A stretch of 64,000 nt of DNA from positions 26,904 to 90,903 of the forward strand of contig JAJFGG010000066.1 of NCBI GenBank assembly GCA_021776235.1, read 5' to 3'. Below the pieces are notes generated by a model. The model was given only the letters and a program-made list of their open reading frames with translations, did not search any database and had not been told where the DNA came from. A program made the position numbers and the translations under genes. Below, piece by piece: positions 57,847 through 64,000 of the stretch. The stretch is from Alphaproteobacteria bacterium. GTDB lineage: Bacteria > Pseudomonadota > Alphaproteobacteria > GCA-2731375. Each line of letters starts with the position of its first letter. Position 1 is the first letter of the stretch.

Positions 57847-60579
57847 TTAATTCTTGTCCATTTTTTGTCTTTTCCACATAGTGCGGAAAGTCAGCCGGCC
57901 CTTCTTCGTGCTGACGGCCTCGACTATATAGAGTGTACCGTCCGGCAAATTTTTCTTGAAGAGAAGGCGCAGAGGCTGACGTTTCGTCATTTCCTGCAAT
58001 TCAACGTCGTCAAATGTTTTGGCAATGGCGGGTACTAAGCCAAAGTCACTGAAACCGAGCGCTACGTGGTTCGCCTGTTTCTCTGAAGGCCCGTGGGATT
58101 TGTAGGCATGCAATCCATTGTTGGCAGAGATTTCCTGATGGTAACCTGAAAAATCTCTGCCGGTTTTCTGGCGTATGCGCTCTGCCGTATCCGCGTCCAA
58201 GTCCGGTAAATGCAACACCGTCCCGCCTTTTATCCCGGTCTTGAGTTCGCCGCGAACTGCCATTTCGATGAACATCGACGCCGCATCGCCCGCTGTCACA
58301 TCGGCGCCAAAGTCCTCCGCGTACATTTCGACATTGGTTTTTGGGTTGTTCTCTAGCTGTAGCAGAATGCGTGCCTTTGCCCGGTCCATCCGTATGGATC
58401 GGTCGGCCTTGCCAAAGATTCGCGGCAGATACCGTCTTCCCAGCTGCCATGCCCGCATGATGAGAAGTCCGTAGCCGGCATTGGTAACTTCCATGCCTTC
58501 CGGCAGATCTATGATGTCGTTGAGGGCAACAGGGCTTTTGATCAGGAAGGCACCTGCGCCCGGTTCCCCTTCTGGCAGGCCGTTCTCGGAGCCCGGCGAA
58601 TTTTCCGCCGTGCCGGTCGCCGCGTCGCTCACCGTCTGACCGGCCCGGCCGTTGCTTTCCAGGATCGGCCCACGCGCCTTGCCCTCCGCTGCCGGCTCGG
58701 CGCCTGCGCCGCGCGTCTGGTGGGCGGCCAGGACGGCGGCGGCATGGGCCTGGATGCGGCCCAGGTCATAGCTCTTGGGTACACGGTAGGTGGTGGAAAA
58801 GTTGAAATGGTCGTTGACGATCTTGTCGGTCGCCAGCCTGGCCGCGGCCTCCGGCGAACGCCCTCTTGCCACGAGATCCAGGGCGAATAGATAGATGCCG
58901 TCCCGGGTCTGTTCGGCGATGGCCCTGTCCCTGTTCCCGTCCCCGGCGGCGGACGCGGTGCGGAAAAAGCCGGCCAATTGTTCGTCAATTGCCCCCTTGA
59001 CGGCTTCGGCCTGGGCCTCGGACAAACCCTTTTCCAGCGCCCGCGGGCCGGCGGCTTCCGCCGCTATGATTCGGTTCAGGGCCGGCGCCATCTCCGGTTT
59101 ATGGGCCAATGCGGCGACGATAGGCGCGGAAGGGCTATGGCTGAAGGCCAGAAAATCCCGCATGGCCACCGCGCGGTGAGCGCCGCTTGGAGCCAGCAGC
59201 CTGGCCATGAAGTCTGCTTTATCGCCCGCCTGGTCATAGTCCCCTGCCGCCTGCGCCGCCTCCTGGTTGGAGAAATAGCGGTAGAGGAAATCAGGCCCGC
59301 CAATGACCTGTTGCAGGGCGATGTTTCTGGCCCGCGAGGGCTCCGGCGTCTTCAGGGCCGGGCCGCCCGCCGCGAAACCCGCCGGATCCCGGGTGAATTG
59401 CCTCTGGCGGTCCTGTAACGCCTTGACGGCAGCCAGATACAGTTTCTGCTTCACCGTGAAGCTCTCGGCGTCGGGCTCCGGCCGTCTGGCCTGCACTAGA
59501 TGCCAGGCCTGTTCGCCGGGTGTGAAACGGATCTCCGTCATGGTGGCGAAATAGCTCAGCGCCTGGGCGGCCCTCTCGTCGTAATCCCCCAAGGCCGCTG
59601 CATCGCCCAGATCGACGATCCGTTGCCGCAGGCCCGCTACGCCCTGGCCGCTGGTCTCGCGGCGGGCCAGATCCTCGGCGATCAGTCCCGCCACCTCGCG
59701 GCCCTCCACGGCGCGCTGGGTTTTCAGGGCGCCCGAGATGGCGGCGGCGGCGGCGGCCTTCTCCAAGCCGTTGGCCAGCAGGTGATCGTAGCCGCCATTA
59801 TCCATAACGGCCCGGGCGTCCGCCGGGTCGGCCTGGGCATCCCTGGCGATTGTTCCCTGGGCCCAGACCCGCAGGGCCGCAATGCGGCTTTGCGCGTTGC
59901 TGATAGTGCCCAGGCGCTGCTGCTCGGCGAAATCGCCGTTGGCCTCGGCAATCATGGCCGCTTGCGCCGGGCCGCGAAGGGCCGCGATGCGCTTCTGCCG
60001 GTCCCCTGTGCGTATATCCAGTTGCTGCCGCGACCAGCTGGTTTCCCGTACCGCCTGGTTGGTTCGTACCTGACGCGCCCCGGCCCGTTCCACGTTACCG
60101 GCATGAGTGCTGGCCAGCCGTTTGGCGTCCGGGTTAGAAATCTTGCCGAACAGCTTATCCCGGCCCTCGGCGAACTTCTCGGTATAGCGGGATGGATAGT
60201 CGCTGCCGTCAGGGGCGCCCTGGCCGGCGTAGGCTTCGGCCCCGGTCCGGATCCTGTCCAGTTCGACCTTGGCGTTCTGGAACTCGGTTTCGGCTAATTC
60301 CTGGTTGCGCCGTATCCTGGCCTGGATGGCGATTTCCGTCAGATCCCTGCCGGCCCCGGAGATCACCCGGCCCAGGTTCGCGTCCGCCTGCCCCTTGGCC
60401 ACCAGGGCCGCCGTTTGCCGGCGCATGGCGGCGTTCTCACGGGCGAACGAACGGTCCAGGGCGGCGCCCTCCGCCTGTGCGCCCTGCAACGCCCCCGTGC
60501 TGCCGTCTGGCCCGCCACCGTCAAAGGCAGGGCCGGCGGGGTTCAGACCCCGCTGGCTGAAGATACGGTCAATGCGCAT
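57847..60579 (-). CDS. Putative internal virion (ejection) protein with C-terminal PBECR-like nuclease domain
   Basis: Ala-rich helical body in the ejection-protein slot, TAATG-coupled; last ~120 aa H..K.HG...D...P.I...D...LFKK...Y.VE...L.F.TMWK. Confidence 0.65.
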   Translation of the reverse strand: MRIDRIFSQRGLNPAGPAFDGGGPDGSTGALQGAQAEGAALDRSFARENAAMRRQTAALVAKGQADANLGRVISGAGRDLTEIAIQARIRRNQELAETEFQNAKVELDRIRTGAEAYAGQGAPDGSDYPSRYTEKFAEGRDKLFGKISNPDAKRLASTHAGNVERAGARQVRTNQAVRETSWSRQQLDIRTGDRQKRIAALRGPAQAAMIAEANGDFAEQQRLGTISNAQSRIAALRVWAQGTIARDAQADPADARAVMDNGGYDHLLANGLEKAAAAAAISGALKTQRAVEGREVAGLIAEDLARRETSGQGVAGLRQRIVDLGDAAALGDYDERAAQALSYFATMTEIRFTPGEQAWHLVQARRPEPDAESFTVKQKLYLAAVKALQDRQRQFTRDPAGFAAGGPALKTPEPSRARNIALQQVIGGPDFLYRYFSNQEAAQAAGDYDQAGDKADFMARLLAPSGAHRAVAMRDFLAFSHSPSAPIVAALAHKPEMAPALNRIIAAEAAGPRALEKGLSEAQAEAVKGAIDEQLAGFFRTASAAGDGNRDRAIAEQTRDGIYLFALDLVARGRSPEAAARLATDKIVNDHFNFSTTYRVPKSYDLGRIQAHAAAVLAAHQTRGAGAEPAAEGKARGPILESNGRAGQTVSDAATGTAENSPGSENGLPEGEPGAGAFLIKSPVALNDIIDLPEGMEVTNAGYGLLIMRAWQLGRRYLPRIFGKADRSIRMDRAKARILLQLENNPKTNVEMYAEDFGADVTAGDAASMFIEMAVRGELKTGIKGGTVLHLPDLDADTAERIRQKTGRDFSGYHQEISANNGLHAYKSHGPSEKQANHVALGFSDFGLVPAIAKTFDDVELQEMTKRQPLRLLFKKNLPDGTLYIVEAVSTKKGRLTFRTMWKRQKMDKN
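58737..58754 (+). repeat. 18-bp direct repeat, copy 2
   Basis: Encodes QAHAA where the helical body ends and the variable C-terminus begins. Confidence 0.8.
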
Positions 60580-61289
60580 TAGAGAACCCTCGCATATGAT
60601 GAAACGCCCCGGCCGAAGTCCGCCAGTCCGCCGATCAGCGCCCCCCTCCCGCGCGCCTCCGCCCCGGCCGCGTTGCTCAACGAGGTAGCGGCGTTGCTCC
60701 ACCCGGTGCGGCGCAGGCTGTCTGCGTCGATCCGGCCAACCCGGCGCCGCGAGGCGGCCCGCGCCTCGTACAGCTCCCGCTCCCGCTGGCCCTGCAGGGT
60801 GAACAGGTCCGCCTGGCCCCGCTGCCGCGCCGCCCGGCTTTCCGTGTTCAGGCGGATGATGTCCAGGTCCTTGTCCAGCTCCCCGAAGCCTTCCGCGATC
60901 AGCAGGTTCGGCGTGGTGTCGTCGATCATCCGGCCCTGGGCGGCAAAGCCCGTGACCATGGAGGAAACCCGCGCCTCGCCTATGCGCCGGGTCTGGGACA
61001 GGGCAACCAGGCCGGCCTGTTCCTCGGCCACCGCGTTCTGCAGCGACAGGGCCGCGTTGGCCTGGGCGATTTCCTGATTTGACAGGCCAAGGCGCTCCAG
61101 CAGGGCCGCCTCGATCGCCGCCAGTTCCTCCGCCGCCCGGGCCTGTTCCTCGGCTGCTTGCAGCGAGAACGAGGCCTGGCTTTCAAAGGCTTCCGCCTGA
61201 TCGTCCGCCGCCCGGGCTGAACTGACCGCGCCGACGACCGAGGCGCCCAGGCCGATAATGGCGCCGATACTGCCCAGACCAAAAGCCAT
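60579..61289 (-). CDS. Small internal virion protein (T7 gp14-like slot)
   Basis: Hydrophobic Gly/Ala N-terminus, Ala/Gln-rich helices, position after tail tubular B. Confidence 0.65.
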   Translation of the reverse strand: MAFGLGSIGAIIGLGASVVGAVSSARAADDQAEAFESQASFSLQAAEEQARAAEELAAIEAALLERLGLSNQEIAQANAALSLQNAVAEEQAGLVALSQTRRIGEARVSSMVTGFAAQGRMIDDTTPNLLIAEGFGELDKDLDIIRLNTESRAARQRGQADLFTLQGQRERELYEARAASRRRVGRIDADSLRRTGWSNAATSLSNAAGAEARGRGALIGGLADFGRGVSSYARVL

Positions 61290-63274
61290 CAGTCATTCAC
61301 CTCTTCACGCATGAGCAAAGCCAGCACCGTGGCCGGCAGGGGTTGGTTGGCGGTGATGGTAACCCGTCCCAGACGGTCCCAGCCCGACGGCGGTTTGATG
61401 GCGATGGGCCCGGTGTAAAGCGGTATGGCCGCCCCGACCTGATCCTCCACCTCGCGGAAGATCACGTCGTCGCCCGTTGCCCCGGCCTTGGCCGAGGCCG
61501 TCAGCCCGCCTGTATCTTTCAGTTGCAGGATCAGTTTGCCGATGGCCTTCTTGCGACCTTGGCTGGCCCCGTCCCGGGCTCCTGTGGCCAGATCGTTGGT
61601 CACCAGGGTGGCGCTATAGGCCAGGCCGATCTCGACCGCCTCCGCCCCTGCGTCCAGGCTTATGGCGCCGCCCGAAACCACTTTGCTGCCCACAGGCGCG
61701 CCATCGGCCCGGATGGTCACCGTCTCGCCTTCCAGATGGTTCAGGCCGGCCCAGACCGTCTTTGCGGGGCTGGCGGCGCCCACCACGGCGCTATCCACAT
61801 AGACATTGTCCGGGCTCGGCGTCGGGTCGATCACCTCGATATAGCGGCGGGTGCCGCCGTTTATGGTGCGTTTGACCACCAGCCAGACCTCGTCGCCGTT
61901 GTCACCGGGGATCACCGCCACGCTTTCCACCTTGGCGTCCGTGCCGGCGATGATGTGCCGGGCCCAGCCGATCACCGCCTGCTGGGGGTAATAGGTGCAG
62001 GACAGCAAAGCGCCGTCCTCCGTGGCGGCCCACAGGGTGCGGTCGGGCTGTTCCTGCCAGGCCACCTCCCGGACGCCGCCCGACAGCAGATGTTCCGAGA
62101 TCACGGAAATCTCGTCCGGTGAATACTCGTCCGTCTCCACATTGAAACCCAGGCTGTCCAGTTGCCGGCCGTCGTTGCTGGGCTTGCCATAGCGCTTGGA
62201 GAACACCACCGTGTCATCCACATCCACGGGCGCCCGATAGGCGCAACCGGCCGAGGCGACCCGTTTCAGGGGAAAATTCGTCGGCGTGATTTCGTCCGCG
62301 TTGACCCGCCAGACCGCCCCGGCGGTGCCAAAGAACAAACCCTTGGAACCCAGCAGCCAGCGCCCCACGTTGGTCCGGGGCGAGGCTACCGTGGCATCGA
62401 ACGGATCGTCGGCGTTGGCGCCCGCCAGCAGGTCGAGGAAGTCGCCGGCCCGGGACAGCCAGATCTTTTGCGGGTTGTTGTTCGACGCCGCCCAGGCCAG
62501 GCGCTGCTGGATGAAGGTCACCGCGCCTGGGTAATCATCCGTGCCGGTAAAGGCCGGCGCCGGGTCCTTGCCCGCCGTGACCGCGTATGTGGTCAGGGCC
62601 CAGGCGGTGTGCCCGGTGCGGGTCAGCTGCTTTGGCGGCTGGCTGGGGTGCGCCAGATACATGATGTCGTTGGATTGCGCGAACATCACTTCCCACAAAA
62701 CGGCTTCGGCCCAGGGCGGCGTGGTGATCTGGTAGACCCGGTAGACCGCCCCGCCCGAGGCATACGCCCCGTGTGTGCTGCCGTCCTCGCCCGACAGCTC
62801 GAACGTGTTGGCGGTCTGATTGGCCACCGTAAAGCGGCGCCCGTTGATCTGGGTCATTCCGGCCACGGCGGATATGACCACATGGGTGCCGTTCGGGTAA
62901 CCATGGCCGGCGGCGGTAATGACCACCGGGTTGTTCTGGCTCGCGCCCGTGATGCTCTTGGCGGTTTCGACCACCCGCCCCTGATCCCTGTAATAACGCA
63001 TGTAGCCGGTGCTGCCGTCGTGCCCCAGTTCGGCCACGTAGGCCTGCTCAACGCCGAAGATAAAGGGGATCAGCCGGGGCGGGTGGGCGCTGTCCTTGAC
63101 CTCGCCGATGAACCGCGTGCCGGCTCGCCGGGTCACCCCGCCATGGGGCATGACCTGCCAGTTGGTCAGGGTCCGGCAGCCCTGAAAATACTGTTTCAGG
63201 TCCGTCCGGCCATACAGCTTGGGCGAGACCTCGCCGGTGGTGAACTGGGTTTGCGCCGGCCACGAGCGCGCCAT
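61289..63274 (-). CDS. Tail tubular protein B (nozzle) with inserted FCCH-like domain
   Basis: FTTGEVSP...R.D, GGVTRRAGT, AQSND..Y..HP, QQRL.., GWARH, YVDS; ITGASQNNPVVIT..HG..GMTQING insert. Confidence 0.85.
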   Translation of the reverse strand: MARSWPAQTQFTTGEVSPKLYGRTDLKQYFQGCRTLTNWQVMPHGGVTRRAGTRFIGEVKDSAHPPRLIPFIFGVEQAYVAELGHDGSTGYMRYYRDQGRVVETAKSITGASQNNPVVITAAGHGYPNGTHVVISAVAGMTQINGRRFTVANQTANTFELSGEDGSTHGAYASGGAVYRVYQITTPPWAEAVLWEVMFAQSNDIMYLAHPSQPPKQLTRTGHTAWALTTYAVTAGKDPAPAFTGTDDYPGAVTFIQQRLAWAASNNNPQKIWLSRAGDFLDLLAGANADDPFDATVASPRTNVGRWLLGSKGLFFGTAGAVWRVNADEITPTNFPLKRVASAGCAYRAPVDVDDTVVFSKRYGKPSNDGRQLDSLGFNVETDEYSPDEISVISEHLLSGGVREVAWQEQPDRTLWAATEDGALLSCTYYPQQAVIGWARHIIAGTDAKVESVAVIPGDNGDEVWLVVKRTINGGTRRYIEVIDPTPSPDNVYVDSAVVGAASPAKTVWAGLNHLEGETVTIRADGAPVGSKVVSGGAISLDAGAEAVEIGLAYSATLVTNDLATGARDGASQGRKKAIGKLILQLKDTGGLTASAKAGATGDDVIFREVEDQVGAAIPLYTGPIAIKPPSGWDRLGRVTITANQPLPATVLALLMREEVND

Positions 63275-63849
63275 CAGGACAGATGCTCCAGGACGAAGGG
63301 CGAGATGGGCAGCCCATCCTGCACGTCCTCGGCGCCGTCCACATTGCGGGCCTGGCGCAGGATGGCCGCGAAGTCCCGGCCTTTTTGATCCGCTTCGGTT
63401 TTCGAACCGGTCAGGGGCTTGGCCAGTTTCCAGGCCAGGTAATGGGCCAGGGCCTGCACGAAGCCGGCGTCGAACTGGGTGACATCGATAATGCGCCCGA
63501 TATAGACCAGATCCACCGTGCTCTCATGGCTCAGCAGATCCCGCCCTTCCACCTTCCAGTCCGGCGGCTCGGATGGATCGTTGGCCGAAATCACCCGCAG
63601 GCAATAAGGGTCCGTGGGCAGTTTGAAGGAATTATCATAGCCAAAGGCCGGCGCCGTGGCGTTGCGGGCCAGGCTGGCCCGCCGGGTGGCGAAGTTCCAC
63701 GGATGCAGGCGCAGCACGAAATCCCGGGCGTCGTCATAGTGGATGTTGCAATAGCGCCCCTGTTCCGTGCTTTCGGTCAGCGAGGTAATGCGCTGTTCCT
63801 CCAGCACCGCCAGGGCAATGTTGCAGATTTCAACGTCCGATGCGGCCAT
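63274..63849 (-). CDS. Tail tubular protein A (adaptor)
   Basis: VEICNIAL..L, HPWNFA, LPTD.CLR, VEGR, FD..F..ALA..LA. Confidence 0.85.
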   Translation of the reverse strand: MAASDVEICNIALAVLEEQRITSLTESTEQGRYCNIHYDDARDFVLRLHPWNFATRRASLARNATAPAFGYDNSFKLPTDPYCLRVISANDPSEPPDWKVEGRDLLSHESTVDLVYIGRIIDVTQFDAGFVQALAHYLAWKLAKPLTGSKTEADQKGRDFAAILRQARNVDGAEDVQDGLPISPFVLEHLS

Positions 63850-63860
63850 GGTGGCTCCTT

Positions 63861-63950
63861 TCAGTCGCCAGTTGTTAGATGTCAGGTTTCAGATGTCAGA
63901 AAAGAGCGTCGCCCCGATCTGACATCTGACCTCTGATCCCTGACCTCTGG
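63861..63950. repeat. Inverted arrays of imperfect heptamers (TCAGATG / CTGACAT type) forming a hairpin
   Basis: TCAGATGTCAGA (63889-63900) pairs with TCTGACATCTGA (63918-63929), with further degenerate units outward. Confidence 0.65.
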
Positions 63951-64000
63951 CTAATCGACCACGTAGACGAAATAGCCCTTGATGGTCGCCCCTGCGGGGA
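63951..64000 (-). CDS. 3' end of a phage structural gene (possible capsid decoration protein)
   Basis: ...PAGATIKGYFVYVVD* running off the window end, upstream of tail tubular A. Confidence 0.45.
   Translation of the reverse strand, partial: PAGATIKGYFVYVVD

Larger units (their letters stand above)
45413..64000 (-). mobile_element. Distal end of a short-tailed (podovirus-like) prophage plus terminal cargo region
   Basis: Tail tubular A/B, internal virion, fibre, holin and endolysin co-oriented on minus strand; patchy low-GC cargo; ubiB absent after ubiE. Left boundary inferred; no integrase in window. Confidence 0.75.

Noticed and set aside
62740..62970. E1 FCCH-like insert in tail tubular B as a ubiquitin-related system
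   Set aside because: This domain is a known decoration in phage tail proteins; no E1/E2/Ubl genes are present
1..64000. CRISPR array or cas genes
   Set aside because: No regularly spaced repeat-spacer array seen; repeats are dispersed or coding

Overview
GC-rich alphaproteobacterial chromosome segment (Rhodospirillales-like gene content; taxonomy is inference). Bases 1-45.4 kb are mostly housekeeping: tRNA-Gly(CCC), radical SAM, CoA-transferase/MaoC, trkH, argE/argF/argD, hslO, a molybdopterin oxidoreductase, pmbA, rsmB, rpe, rpiA, a complete ccmABCDE-FGHI cluster, mutM and ubiE. The notable exception is an operon MFP -> AcrB-type RND permease fused in frame to a TRAP small subunit (DctQ) -> DctM, with no solute-binding protein gene. 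After ubiE (ubiB is not next) lies the distal end of a short-tailed (T7/BPP-1-like tail module) prophage, read on the minus strand: tail tubular A/B, internal virion proteins, C1q-tipped fibre, holin and GH24 endolysin. A cargo zone lies between it and ubiE: phosphoesterase, pentapeptide-repeat protein, a deleted second endolysin copy, a secreted protein of three tail-collar-like HxH repeats and a low-GC HEPN-like ORF. The putative ejection-protein gene carries a nuclease-like (PBECR-like) C-terminal cassette bracketed by an 18-bp direct repeat, followed by a second alternative C-terminal cassette, which resembles a virion-delivered polymorphic toxin system. At least two families of intergenic repeats, one abutting stop codons, were also found. 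All family calls are by-eye motif recognition; no searches were run.
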